Below are positions 1 to 12,952 of a DNA stretch of 64,000 nt, piece after piece. Numbering within the stretch: the stretch's first letter is position 1; every line of letters starts with the position of its first letter. The stretch lies in the NCBI GenBank assembly GCA_951406725.2, contig OX597822.1:88412001-88476000 (forward strand), read 5' to 3'. The translations under genes were made by a program, and so were the position numbers. The stretch comes from Octopus vulgaris (lineage: Eukaryota). The notes under the pieces are model-generated. The model did no database searches, was not told the origin of the DNA, and was given only the letters and a program-made list of their open reading frames with translations.

Positions 1-45
1 CTGCTAAGCATTTTTCCTGGAGTGCTAATGATCCTGCCAACCATA

Positions 46-485
46 ATCATCATCATCATCATCATCGTTTAACGTCCGCTTTCCATGCTAGCATGGGTTG
101 GACGGTTCAACTGGGGTCTGGGAAGCCCAAAGGCCGCACCAGGCCAGTCAGATCTGGCAATGTTTCTACAGCTGGATGCCCTTCCTAACGCCAACCACTC
201 CGAGAGTGTAGTGGGTGATTTTATGTGCCACCGACACAGGTGCCAGACGAGGCTGGCGAACGGCCACGCTCGGATGGTGTTTTTATGTGCCACCGACACA
301 GGTGCCAGACGAGGCTGGCGAACGGCCACGCTCGGATGGTGTTTTTTATGTGCCACCGACACAGGTGCCAGACGAGGCTGGCGAACAGCCACGCTCGGAT
401 GGTGTTTTTTATGTGCCACCGACACAGGTGCCAGACGAGGCTGGCGAACGGCCACGATCGGATGGTGTTTGTTACGTGCCCACAG
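46..485 (-). mobile_element. RTE-tail SINE with four internal 62-63 bp tandem units
   Basis: Shares AGGAAGGGCATCCAGCTGTAGAAAC and AACCGTCCAACCCATGCTAGCATGGAAAGCGGACG + (GAT)n tail with several other copies in the window. Confidence 0.8.
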
Positions 486-521
486 CATAATAATAATAAT
501 AATAATACGTACCCACAGCAC

Positions 522-554
<33 letters not shown>

Positions 555-1149
555 AATGATGATGATGATGATAAAAATAATAATGTTTTCAAATTTTGGC
601 ACAGGGCAAGTAATTTTTGAGGAGAGAAAGAAGTTGATATCAACCATAGTGTTTCACTGGTACTTCTTTCATTGACCCCACAAAGATGAAAGACAAAGTT
701 GATCTCAGTGGAATTTGATCTCAGAATGTAAACACAGACGGAATGTTGCTAAGCATTTTACCCAGTATGCTAAGGATTCCACCAGTTCACTTCAAGAAGA
801 AGAAGAAGAAGAAGGAGGAGGATAATCAGGAAAGTATTAGATAGTTGAAAAGAACAGAGAGCATGATACTATAGACTGCAGGAAGCAAGCCCGCTACACA
901 TGCAAGACACAAAGAGTTACAACAAAACCTGAAATAAAAAGAAAAATAATGATAATAATAATAATAATAATAATTTGCTAAGGCAGAAGGATTTTACCAA
1001 TAGAATAGAGAGTACTAATGAATTCTGATTGTGAATAGCCAATGAAAGAGAAGAAACACTATTCTGCATAGAATTGCATGGTCAGTTCCACCGCAAAACT
1101 AACAACTTAAAAAGTCAAGAAGCATCATGACATGACTCAGCAAAGGTGA

Positions 1150-1790
1150 CCCTAAAAAGAAGACTGAAAGCCTAATCTTCGTTGCCCAGGATCAGGCATT
1201 GAATACCAACTAAGGGAAAAGGGATATATAAAACACATATGCAACAAACCTCTGTAGAATGTGTGGGAAGAAGGTTGAAAGCATGATTCACATTGTTAGA
1301 GCTAGTGAAAGTCTTGCATAGAAAGAGTACAAGTGCAGACACGACAAGGTAGATCAAAACCTTCACTGGCTACTATGCCGTAAATGTGGATATGAGATAA
1401 CAGGTGCTTAGAATCAACATATACCAGAAAAGGTAATGGACGAAAATGAGAAGGAAAAGATCCTCTGGGACTTTGACTTCCAGACAGACAAGGAGTCAGA
1501 GCACTGAAGCACTGAAAATTATTTGAGAACAATCTCTGGCTCACCATACCTGCAAGAAGTGCAAAAGATTGTTTTAACTGTACTATTGTCGATGTGAGAA
1601 CGACTGCTACTCATGTATTTTAATTCATTTTTATTTATTATTATTTTTTTTCATATAACTTCTGGTGTGTTTAGTTTAATGTCTTATCAATGTATATAGT
1701 GAGTTTCTTTGCCATAGGAGTTGGGAAAACACTTGGCTAGAAAAGACAACAAAATTGAAGAAAAAAAACTCATAATAATAATAATAATGC
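1150..1790 (+). mobile_element. Degenerate R4/Dong-type RLE non-LTR retrotransposon 3' fragment
   Basis: Translates as TESLIFVAQDQALNTN...CRMCGKKVESMIHI...RHDKV...LQEVQKIVLT; 3' UTR resembles 51305-51440; ends in (TAA)n. Confidence 0.8.
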
Positions 1791-2109
1791 AGAATTAGAA
1801 GAGCATAATATGTAATGAGAACACAGACTGATTTTGTAATTGAACAAGTGAGATCACCAAGTAACTTGCAAGGCAAAGGGAAAAGCCTTGAGACCTGGTG
1901 GGATTTAAACAGAGAGGGAGATGACTTTATACCAGATGATGAGAGTCTAAGTGAAATATAAGAACTCCTAACCAAGGACTAAAAGTGAATTATGAATTTG
2001 TCTTACTAAGAGATTACCATTCTGTGGTAATCAAGAAGACCTGTCCTCCACAGCAGAAGTGTTAAGACTACTCCCTCTGGTGAAAAAGATTGGTTTGCAA
2101 GAGTCCTGG

Positions 2110-2348
2110 TCAGTACCATGTGAAAAGCACTCATGCTGGCATCATGTAAGAGTGCACATGCTGGTGCCACATTAATAGCACTCAACACACACAGTAAAGT
2201 ACTTGGCGTTTGGAAAAGCATCCAGCTGTAGAAACCAAGCCAAATCATACTGGAACCTGGTGCAGCTCTCCAGCTTCCTAGCTCTGGTTAAACCGTCCAA
2301 CCCATGCCACCATGGAAAACAGACGTTAAAGGATGATAATGATGACGA
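2110..2348 (+). mobile_element. RTE-tail SINE copy (diverged)
   Basis: gcatccagctgtagaaac and aaccgtccaacccatgcc...gatgat tail. Confidence 0.75.
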
Positions 2349-2397
2349 TGTGCATCCATAAACAATCATGATTATACTGAAGAAAGAGAATACATAC

Positions 2398-2505
2398 CAG
2401 GTCACCTGCAGCACTTTGACCACCTTCAGTTGACCAAAGATTGGGAAGAATTGATGAGTAATAAGGACCCCACACTCCAGGTACAAATTTGGCAGATGAG
2501 CTTAA
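2398..2505 (-). CDS. FGGY: FGGY coding exon 8 (LSSSAKFVPGVWGPYYSSILPNLWSTEGGQSAAGDL); gene continues beyond the left edge
   Basis: FVPGVWGPY and EGGQS motifs; ctctaaag| acceptor, CTG|gtatgt donor; 108 nt, phase 0 to 0. Confidence 0.93.
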
Positions 2506-3504
2506 CTTTAGAGAAAGAAGAAAGGAAAATGTAATTCATTCAACAATGTATACTTCACATAAATTAATTTTTAAATAAAAAGAAAATCTGTATAACGTTT
2601 AATATCACTGACATTAAAATCTTAACCAACATAGATAGTCCTGTTTGTGACCAACATAGACTTGTTTCTGACCAATATAGACTTGCCTCTATAGGTGACT
2701 AGTTGCAAGTCCATCGAGTTGTCCCAGTTTATATGTGCTCCTGTATATACCTGGTACTATTTCAGTATAGCATCAATCACTTCCATATGGAAAGAGTCCA
2801 ACACCATAACAGCAACATTGATCATGTATGCTGACATGGCTCTCCTGTGACCATCTGCAAGTAGGATACCCCTCACATTCTCTATTCTCTGCAGTAAAGG
2901 CACCCACTGCTAAAACATACAGGAGAAAAGAAAGGGAAATAATAATTTCTAAAATAGGTACAATGTTACAAATCTAATTAAACCCTACTACTGAAAAGGT
3001 ACTTTATTTAACTGCTCCCAGAAAAAGGTCAAAGTTGACTTCAGGAGTTCTAAACTCAGGATGCAAAGAGCTGGAACAAAGACTGCAAGGCATTTGTTCA
3101 ACACCAGAATCTTTCTGGCAAGGCACAAGGGCTGACGTTTAGTGCAGAGAGGAGCTGACAGTTATATCAACCCCAATATTTGATTGGTACTATATTTCAT
3201 TGATCCCAGAGCGATGAAAAATAAACTTCACCTCAGCTGGATTTGAACTCAAAATGCAAAGAGCAGGAACAAATATGCTTAACATTTTTTCCAGTGCTCT
3301 AATGATTCTTCAGACTGTAAAGGACCATTTATGGTCTTTTTTTTTTATCAAATATTCTAATTCTGCCAATATATTGTGTTCAGCTGGTGATAACATTAGA
3401 AACAATGGTGATGATGGAGTTGGTGGTGGTGGTAGAAGCATGGTGATGGAGACTCAATGGTAGTGGTTACATAGTGTTGTAATAGCATAGTGTTATTGTT
3501 GATG

Positions 3505-3895
3505 GATGGCTATTGCTGTTGCTGTTGAGCGAACGGTCTTCGTCCCAGAGCTCGCAAGATGGGAGAAGTCCGAAACATAGTCCTTTGCTATTCGTAAAAC
3601 CTGCAGAAGAGAAAGCAGGTCAACCCTCTGACACCGAGAGCATTGATGGATGGCTGAATGCGCATCCAGGCTCAGCGGTTGCGTAGGAAGTCAGGGACAA
3701 GAAACAGGAAGAAAGAGTGAGAGAAAGTTGGAGTGAAAGAGTACAACAGGGGTCGCCACTACCCCCTGCCAGAGCCTCGTGGAGCTTTAGGTGTTTTCAC
3801 TCAATAAACACACACAACGTCCAGTCTGGGAATCAAAACCGCGATCCTCCGACCGCGAGTCCGCTGCCCTAATCATTAGGCCATTGCGCCTCCAC
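3505..3895 (-). mobile_element. tRNA-derived SINE with (CAA)-type tail
   Basis: Minus-strand head GGAGGCGCAATGGCCTAATGATTAGGGCAGCGGACTCGCGG...GGTTTTGATTCCC with A/B-box-like motifs; tail caacagcaacagcaa. Confidence 0.75.
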
Positions 3896-4098
3896 TGTTG
3901 TTGATGGTGATGGTGGTGGCAATGGTGGTCTGGTGGTAATGTAGAGATGTTGGTCATTATGGTGGTGATGATAACAATTGTGATGGTGGTGGTGGGAAAA
4001 CAGTGATAGTGTTCATGACACAGTAGTGGTGGTGGTGGTAGTGATGACAATGACAACGATTGTATTTTAAAACCCTATTAATGCAAAAGTAACAATAC

Positions 4099-4190
4099 CA
4101 CTATATGACAGTTCGAGGTGCCGCTAATTAGTGACATCCGATTAAGTAGCGGTGGTGACACCATTCCTCTTGGTTTGCAATTTAAAGAAC
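4099..4190 (-). CDS. FGGY: FGGY coding exon 7 (SLNCKPRGMVSPPLLNRMSLISGTSNCHIV)
   Basis: GTSxCH motif; ctttcag| acceptor, GTG|gtattg donor; 92 nt, phase 1 to 0. Confidence 0.9.
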
Positions 4191-5212
4191 CTGAAAGAAG
4201 AAAGAAAAAGTGTCTGAAGGAAAGAAGAGAAGGCAAGGAAAATGAATGAAAATTACCACACACAATCCAGGATTCAACTCAAGGAAGCCTCTATGTGGTT
4301 ATTTGACCTGCTAGAAATAGTAACAACATCTCCTTATATCACACCCTGACATTTTGACAAGAAGGGCTTTGTATATTAAAGAAATACATATGTAGTGCTT
4401 AAGAGGATGATCATAGGTCTTACTCAGTAGAGACTCACCTAGTGTTAAACAACAAAAATAACAAGTTTCCATCAACTAGTTTTCCCTTATGTTCCATGGA
4501 TTTCTTCAAGATCTGTTAAAGATTATGTATGTTTATATAAAATTCCACTCAAACATGTAGAACGATGTTAGACCAGTGTTATACTACTGTTAATTCTTCA
4601 GTTAATTTTTGTATATTAAAAATCTTCTTGCACTGTTAAAACTTAGTTACCCACTGAATATCTTTAATTTATTCCACAATATTTTTATTTTAATATCCTT
4701 TTCTATTGTAAACACAAGGCCTGGAAGGATGAAAAGCAAACTTGACCTTGGCGAAATTTGAACTCAGAACATAGAGATTGATGAAATACTGCAAAGCAAC
4801 TGTCTGGCATGCCAACAGTCCTGCCAGCTTACCTTAATTTTAATATCATTTATCCATTTCCTAGCAGTTCATTTATTTGTTGAAATCTTATCGTTTTCTT
4901 TGTTGTTTCAATAAAGTCCTCAACATTATCTAATTACAGCTCTAGCAATTACATCACTTCTCTCTCTCTCTCTCTATCTATCTATCTATTTATCTCTTTC
5001 TTTCTTTCTCTCACAAGGAAAGTGTTGATGATGACATCAAAGTTTCAGCTAGCTTGCTGTCATCAAACTGATGAAGGTGAGCAAGCCAAACTTCAAAGTT
5101 GTTGTCAACCTTTTCCTTGTAAAAGTTAATAAACATGTACTCCGCTAAAAAGTATTGAGTAATCCTTTAAGATTAAATTGGTTCTACATATTACTTGATA
5201 TAAAAACAAATG

Positions 5213-5250
<38 letters not shown>

Positions 5251-5251
<1 letters not shown>

Positions 5252-6314
5252 ACTGGGTCATCCCATAAATAATGCAGTTTTTTCAATTGTATAAACTAAA
5301 AGTTGGAGGGGGACAGGATAAACTACCTGCATCAACTTGCTATAAAAGCAGGTAGCAATTTTACCTTGGTCTTATTCTTAGTACAAGTTTTGAAAGGTGC
5401 AGTTCTATTTTAACAGTTATTTTTCCAAAGCTATAATGGAAGTGACAAAGGAGCATATTCGGCATATTTTGCTTTATGAGTTCAATAAAGGCAACAGCGC
5501 AATGGAAAGTGCAAGGAATATTAATGCAGTATATGGGGAATGGGCATTAAACATAAGCCAGTGTCAATGGTGGCTCTAGAAATTCATAGCTGGAAACTAC
5601 AGCCTAGAAGATAAGCTTCATCCTGGAAGATCTATAGAGCTTGACGAGGACATCCTGCAAACTCTGGTGGAACAAAATCCCATCATAACTGTTGAGGAAC
5701 TAGCAGAGAAGCTTGGATATGGTCATTCAACCATTCATCGATACGTGCATGCCATCAGAAAAGTCAACAAGTTGGGTCAATGGATTCCTCACAAACTTTC
5801 CAAGTTTAATCACATGCAGAGAGTGAATGTGTGCTCTTCTTTGCTATCACATCTCACGAATGAACCTTTTTTGGACTGAATAGTGACTGGTGACAAGAAA
5901 TGAGTTCTCTCTAAAAATGTCAAGCACCCAAGACAGTGGATAGGGAAAGGAGGTCTTCACCCATGTAAGGTGTTATTATCTGTTTTGTGGGATATGAAAG
6001 GTTTAGTCCACTTTGAACTTTAAACCCAAACCAAATTATAACAAAGGAGATCCACTGTGAGCAGCTTGAGTGGCTTAAGTGAGCACTAGAAGAAAAATGA
6101 CCATCTTTGGTTTGAAGATGAAAAGTGGTCTTCCATCAGGATAATACTTGGCCACATACAGTGAGGATGACATTCCAAAGGCTGGAGCAGTTTGAATGGG
6201 AATATTCACCATATTCACTGGACATTGCCCCATCTGATTATCATTTATTCCTCAGTTTTCAAAATCATTTGGATGAAAAAAATATGAATTCTGTTGATGA
6301 GGTCAGCACAGTAC
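5251..6314 (+). mobile_element. Mariner (DD34D-type) element with pseudogenised transposase
   Basis: EHIRHILLYEFNKG HTH; GQWIPHKL; FHQDNTWPH; YSLDIAPSDYHLF; stops and frameshifts; only a left terminus is visible. Confidence 0.9.
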
Positions 6315-6504
6315 TACATTTGAGAATTCCTATATTTTCTGTAGAATACCAACACACTTGGTGCTTATAACTTTGTTTACAAAATGTTCTAATATAAATA
6401 TATCATCCATTTGTTTCTACCACAATTATCTTAACATCGGGCTAACATATCTTTCAGATCAGACTTAGTAGTCTCTCATATTCAACATATCGATGAATTC
6501 TTAC

Positions 6505-6636
6505 CAAGTGTTCCAGCATGAGCATCAATGATGGATGTAGCAACAGTTGTTCCTGGAGAAAGACCTAATTCAGCAGCTGCTGCGACAGAAAGACCAGTTG
6601 AACAGACATTTTCTCCCGGAGATTTTATTTCTTTAC
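6505..6636 (-). CDS. FGGY: FGGY coding exon 6 (KEIKSPGENVCSTGLSVAAAAELGLSPGTTVATSIIDAHAGTLG)
   Basis: IDAHAG motif; ataacag| acceptor, G|gtaaga donor; 132 nt, phase 1 to 1. Confidence 0.95.
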
Positions 6637-7291
6637 CTGTTATAAAAGTAGAACACAAACAGTTTTATGAAACATTAGCGTTAACATGAAATTAAATAAT
6701 TAGCATTAGCATGAAATTAATCAATACTGATATTGATGTACTTGACTCAATAGGTCTCCTCAGGCACGGCAGGTCAACCTTACGATCCAAGGTAAGTACA
6801 GCAGGTCGTTCTGCAATCCATGTAAACATTTTGTTCAAACTACCCTTTTAAATAAAACACTTAACTTAATAATTTAATACTATAGCACAGTGCCATTTCT
6901 CTAATACTTTATATCTAATATTCTATATTTTACTAGTGTAAGTTTTAGCACTGAATAATTATAAGTTAGCAAAACAAACAATCACTACCCTTCCAGTCCG
7001 GTCCACTTTTGTCCCTAGTCATGACAACAATGAACCCCCTATCCAGCTCCTATATTACATTTAATCATATACAGTAGATTCCCCTGATAGATAGATATAT
7101 GTTTTATATTTTCATGTTTATACTCTTTTACTTTTCTTATGCTCTCCCTTAGGATCCTCTTCCCTTAGTCCTATTATTTTAGTTATCACACTTACTCACT
7201 TATTTACTTGCTTTTAATTCCATTTTGCTCTTTTATTTGCCCATACTGAGAATGGTTTATATATTTATTTGATTTGTTTTTGTCTTATCTG

Positions 7292-7330
<39 letters not shown>

Positions 7331-7388
7331 CATTCCTGTACCTTATATATTCATATATCTTATATATGCATGTATGTATATACCTTAC

Positions 7389-7516
7389 CAATTTTAGCAA
7401 AATCATTTTCTGCTAGTTTTTGCAATCCAATTAAATCAAAAAACTGACTGTTCCAATTTCCTTGACCATTCTCAGATGATTGGTAAGTCCATTTACATGT
7501 TACTGAACATAATGAT
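7389..7516 (-). CDS. FGGY: FGGY coding exon 5 (RSLCSVTCKWTY...LIGLQKLAENDFAKIG)
   Basis: RSLCSxxCKWTY motif; tgtttctag| acceptor, G|gtaagg donor; 128 nt, phase 2 to 1. Confidence 0.94.
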
Positions 7517-7739
7517 CTAGAAACAAAAGAGATAGAAAGAATTACATAAGGACAAGTCAATAAAAAGAATTGATAGATTGATTAATTACTGCTACAGTTT
7601 CAGGAAGAACAGTCTGTTGAATAGAATTACAACTATTTCTGCTTGTATTTACATTCTTCTAAATAGATGTCAGAAATTTTGAGTTTGATGTTTAAAACCA
7701 ATAACACTTTATCTGCTTCTAGTACTACTATTACTAGTA

Positions 7740-8600
7740 ATAATCCTCTCTACTATAGGCACAAGACCTGAAATTTTGAGAGAGTGGTCTAGTCAATTAC
7801 ATTGGTACTTATTTCATTGACTTCAAAATGGTGAAAGACAAAGTCAAACTCAGCAGAATTTGAACTCAGGATGAAAGCCAGAAGAAACGCTGCTAAGTAT
7901 TTTGTCTGATGTGCTAATGATTCTGCCAGTTCACCACCTTAATAATAATAATAATCCTTTCTACTAAAGGCACAAGGCCTAAAATTTTGACCTCGGTGTT
8001 TATTGACACTGAAAGGAAGAAAGGCAAAGTCAACCTAGGTGAAATTTGATCTTAGAATATAGTGAAAAACAAAATACTGCTAAGCATTTCATCCAGCATA
8101 GTAACAATTCTGCCAGCTCATCGCCTTAAATAATAGTAATAATAATGGTTTCAAATTTTGTCACAAGGCCAGCAACTTCATGGGAGGGGGTAAATCGATT
8201 ACATCAACCCCAGAGTTTAACTGATTTATTTTATTGAACCTGAACAGATGAAAGACAAAGTCGACCTTGGTGGAATTTGAACTCAGGATGTAAAGCCAAA
8301 AGAAATGCTGCTAGGCATTTTGCCCAGCATGCTAATGATTCTGTCTGCTCACTACCTTAATGATAATAATAATCCTTTCTATCATAGACACAAGGCCTGA
8401 AGTTTTGAGGGAGGGGACTTGTCGATTACATTGACCCCAGAATTTCACCAGTACTTAATTTATCAATCCCAAAAGGATGAAAGGCAAAGTTTACTTCAGC
8501 GGAATTTGAATTCAGAATGTAGCAATGGGCAAAATACTGCTAAGCATTTCATCCAGCATGCTAATGGTTCTACTGGCTCACCGCCTTAATAATAATAATA
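7740..8600 (-). mobile_element. Head-to-tail array of four (ATT)n-tailed SINEs
   Basis: Repeated aggcggtgagctggcagaa...gagttcaaattccgccgaggtcgactttgcctttcatcc...ggccttgtgcc units separated by (TAA)n. Confidence 0.8.
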
Positions 8601-9743
8601 ATCAATTTTTGCTCTAAAAACACCTTTAAAAAGTGACAAAATTATGAAATCAGCCTTTTTTGGGGCCTTTTTAAGGGCTTTAGAACCCCAAAACTATAGT
8701 TTTTTTTTTTTTTTGCTTTAGAGTTAAAAAATGCTGATTTTGTAGTGTTAACTTTCAAAAGACCTAAAAAAAATGGGTGATTCCATAGTTTTGGCCTTAT
8801 TTTAGGTTTTTAAAGGCTTTTAAAGCTAGAAAAGGGTAAAAAAAACAAAAAAACAAATGAAACACAATATTAGAATTAAACTAAAAAAAAGTTTATTGAT
8901 AAAGTTCAGTAAAAAAAAAAAAAATTTTTTTAAATGAAAAACGATATATACATAATTTAATTTTTCCTCTTCTTCTCCTCTGTTTTGTTCACGAGATGCA
9001 TGTTGCCCTTCATGAAAATTAGCATGTCAAAGTTTTCATCAGACAGGCATGATCTCTTGGCCATCAAGATGTCCTTGTCCATACAGAACAAATGCTCCAA
9101 TGCAGCACTGGAGGGGATGGCTGTGTTGAACTTGATGAACAAGTCCACCAGCACTTGCTCACCCAAGAAGGCAGCATTTGTCAGTAAGTCCTTGGAGTTG
9201 GTCTCCAGCCTGGTCTTTACCAAATTCTGGGCCTTGTCATTGAGTGACCTGTGGCACCTGTTGCTCTCTTGTGGCTGGGTGATGCCACTGAAGAAGTCAT
9301 CCTCCTCTTCCTCATTGTTGCAGCCTCCACTGTTGCTGCTCACTTCATCAGACTGCTGCCACATGGCCTCTTCGACCTTACCCTCCATGCTTTTCCTCAC
9401 CTTGGCGACCTTGGTGTTGTCATACTTATTAACCAAATGAGGTGAAACCTGGGGTGGAAGGCAGCAGCCAGCTGGCTTTTCCCATCCTCCAGGAAGGTCC
9501 TAAACTTTTGTCAATGCCTGCCAAAAGTGCATCGACCAAGGGGCTGCAGTAGACAAGGCCATTGGACTTCAAGTCCTTGAGCCTAAAGATTGTCACAGCA
9601 ACTTGAGTTAACAGAAGTTAAATGTAACAGAAGTTAATTAGTCCGAAAATGATTTTCAAAGTTAACTTAAAAGTTAAATCACTAACAAAAATCTTAACTT
9701 CATCAATTAACGATTAACAGATTAATGGTTTGGTGCCCAGGTT

Positions 9744-9746
<3 letters not shown>
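8600..9746 (-). mobile_element. hAT transposon relic (C-terminal dimerisation region)
   Basis: NTAIPSSAALEHLFC...KRSCLSDENFDMLIFMK; putative terminus caaacctgggcac next to (TA)n with repeated gttaa subterminal motifs. Confidence 0.8.
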
Positions 9747-9811
<65 letters not shown>

Positions 9812-10023
9812 GATTTGTTGTGCATGGCCAGAACAACGAGAAAAGGACCTTACACAACAAGAAAAATATCTTTAAAGTTATACCACACAATGCTTCACCA
9901 AAACTACTTCATATATATATTTATGTGTCAAATAGCTAGCTTAAGGTGATGGCCTCATGGAGCTAATCAGTGACAGCTTTAGTCTTATATCTATAAGACT
10001 GCCATATTAATATGGTGATAACA

Positions 10024-10050
<27 letters not shown>

Positions 10051-10055
<5 letters not shown>

Positions 10056-10345
10056 AAGTATATTTGCCATCTAAATATGGCTAACTACTAAGGGTGGATG
10101 TTACTGTAGCTTGTAGCCCCAGGAGAACATCTCCAGCTGGCTATTGGCATACTTTCTGTGCTCTATCGGTATTTGCAAAGGAAGGTCATCCTTCCCTCAT
10201 CAACCTAAGTGATATGCACGGACTGCAGTTTCTGGGTATTGACCCGTCATCAGCGCATGACAATCACCGGTTTTCGATGGAAGGGTCCCAATGCAAATAC
10301 ATATATCCTTTTTCCAGTGACCTTTCATCACTGATCTTGAAAAAG
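10051..10345 (-). mobile_element. Penelope-like terminal repeat carrying a minimal hammerhead motif
   Basis: Minus-strand CUGAUGA-stem-GAAAC-UGCA-GUC at 10215-10259; inserted between (TA)n tracts. Confidence 0.6.
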
Positions 10346-10347
10346 TG

Positions 10348-10389
<42 letters not shown>

Positions 10390-11027
10390 TAAAGAGAGAG
10401 GAAAATAGAGATGAAAAAGAGTGAGTCAACAGATGAGATCCAGAGATGCTCAATATAGAAAACGCTTAAATGTATACATGTTCTTTTATTCTTTTATATG
10501 TTTCAGCCTTGAGGCTGTGGCCATGCTGGGGCACTGTATATTTTGTATATCAAACCCAAATGGTTTTATTTATTTGCATCAGTGTGTGTGTGTGTGTGCG
10601 TATCCATCCACCAAACCCACCCTCAAGGCACTGCTCAGTCTAGGGCCATTGCAGAAAACACCTGCTGAAACTACCAAGCAGTGGGACTAAATATGAAACC
10701 AGAGGGTTGCAAAGTGAACTTCTCAACCACAGAGTTATGTTTGTGCATACACAAATGTATGTATGAGTTCATTTAACTAATATAACATGACCTAATCAGA
10801 TAACTGATGTCATAGAATATGATTATTTAATTAATGTTAATGTAACAGCACATTTGTTAAATTAATGAGATTATTTAACTTGGTACATCCCAAACTTTTT
10901 ACTCTTGAAGAACCCTTGAAATTAATGCAGCATCTTTGAAAACCCCTATATAAATATTATTATATATCTTTATTAATCATTTTACCCTCTCTTTCTTTCA
11001 TAAGGTTAAATTTCATAAGACAAACAG

Positions 11028-11285
11028 TAAATTTAATTTGTGTCAAAATATTTTTGTCGCTTTGAAACTACAACCAGTTCACTGACAAAACTTTGTGTCA
11101 GTGAACAGGTCACAGTTTCAAAATGACAAAAATATTTTGACACAAATTGAATTTAAATGTTAAAGTGAAACTAACGGTTTTTGTGTGTTCTTAAATGGCT
11201 TACAAACATCCTCCACACTGCAATTGTTCTTGTTTCAGCACACAATCTCAGATCAAATCACTTGCTATGCAAGTTCATGTCCGTA
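11028..11285. mobile_element. Palindromic MITE (family C)
   Basis: Internal inverted repeat tgtcaaaatatttttgtc / gacaaaaatattttgaca; homologous to 17864-18168. Confidence 0.7.
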
Positions 11286-11879
11286 AAAAACATTATATGC
11301 TTTTCTGATAATTGGTTTATGCAAAACAATAACTTTTAGTGTGGTATCAGGGTTAGATAACATTGGTAGATAACATTTAGTGGGTTACGTGTTACATTCA
11401 TAATGACCATACTAATATTAATCCAATTTAGATAACGACACTTGCCTCTGTAATTTGATAGACAAATGTTTCATGCAGGTCAAACTTTATATAAACATAC
11501 AGATGTTATCTTCAACTGAAAGTAGATGATTTCTGTCTTTACTCTTAATAATTGTTAAAGAAGAAAAAAAGTTTACATGTAAGAAATGAAAAACTACAAT
11601 AATATACTTATTTCTTTATTACCCACAAGGGGCTAAACATAGAAGGGACAAACAAGGACATTCATAGGTATTGAGTCGATTATATCGACCCCAATGCATA
11701 ACTGGTACTTAATTTATCGACCCCAAAAGTATGAAAGGCAAAGTCGACCTCGGTGGAATTTGAACTCAGAACTTAATGGCAGACGAAATACCGCTAAGCA
11801 TTTTAGCCGGCGTGCTAATGTTTCTGCCAGCTCGCCGCCTTTAATTGCTTCTTATTATTGGCCGGATACTCCTCTTTCA

Positions 11880-12770
11880 TAGACACTCAACCTTGCAAAT
11901 ACAAGTCAGTAAATCTCATTTTGAGTGTACAATCAGGTACCAGTTCACAAAGTTCTTCCTCTTCTCTGAAAACCAAGTTCTTAGAAGGAGCAGGATATAC
12001 ACAATATAGATCCTTTACCCAATTATAAACTCCTGTTAAAAGAAATGGAAAATAATGTTCCCTTGTGACCAACAGCTCTTCTATGTAGGTTCCAAAATGG
12101 CATGAAATATGTTGATATCCTTCTTCACTCTTAAGATCCAGCAGTAGTTGAAATATTTCAAGAATTCCTTTTATGATGTTTTTTCAAAGATTCAGTCTTC
12201 TTTTAAATCCAAGAATTTTATCACTTATTGTCAGATATTTCTCCTCCAGAGTCTTGCAATGATTTGTTCAGCTGATTTATCTGGTCAAATATGTCTACTA
12301 AGAAGACTAACCTCTACAACCATTTGTAATCTTCAAAGAACTTGCCAAACTCTAGCTTATTGTTTTCTTGAATGTATTCTCAGTTCATCTTTTAGTCCAA
12401 AGACCATATTTAGAATTCTTCCTGTGCTTAATCACTGGAATCTTGTACGTAGTAAAAGATTTATGAGCTCTTTGTCCTAGTTCCTACACAACTTTTTAAA
12501 CATTCTGAAATGAATTGTCTTAGTTTAATAAAGATGACTATTTTTGTAGCACCATCAAAAATGATTTGAAGTTCATCTCTGAGAGGAAATTGCCCTCTCC
12601 ATAAAGAAAGCAATGTGTTGAGACAATATTTGCATTTTCTTGTTTTACAAGAGAAGCAAAACTTGTGACAGAGCTTAACCATTGATGATGCCATATCAGT
12701 ACAGATGTAAACACAGTTCTTCCAGAAGAGGTTTCTTGTTTCCAGAAAGCAAAATACGAAATGTATCCAT
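11880..12770 (-). mobile_element. Highly degenerate hAT Charlie/Buster-like transposase relic
   Basis: Minus strand LFWKNCVYICTDMASSM resembles the Buster/Charlie W..CV.ICTDGA..M motif; many stops. Confidence 0.6.
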
Positions 12771-12799
12771 TCTTTTAGTGCTTCAGGTGATTAGTGGTG

Positions 12800-12952
12800 T
12801 AACACTAATACAACACTAGTACAGCACAGTTAAAACATTGGCACAATACAGGTTCAACACTGATACAGCACCAATTCAACACTGGTATAACATTGATACA
12901 TAACTGATAAGATACTGATACAACACTTGCACAACGTTGGCATAACACTGAG
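12800..12952. repeat. Degenerate 11-bp minisatellite (aacactgatac-like)
   Basis: About a dozen imperfect units. Confidence 0.7.

Noticed and set aside
215-485. CRISPR-like repeat array (also 31665-31885)
   Set aside because: Units repeat along their whole length with no unique spacers, lie inside a SINE, and there are no cas genes in this eukaryotic context.
69-675. Overlapping 90-196 aa ORFs on both strands
   Set aside because: Produced by SINE tandem units and (AAT)n; no protein-like features.
1790-2000. Possible FGGY coding exon 9
   Set aside because: No frame resembling the expected next FGGY segment with proper splice sites was found; it probably lies outside the window.
3840-3895. 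tRNA gene
   Set aside because: tRNA-like head continues into a SINE body and tail; no complete cloverleaf or Pol III terminator.
8985-9440. 151-aa plus-strand ORF
   Set aside because: Antisense shadow of the hAT transposase relic.
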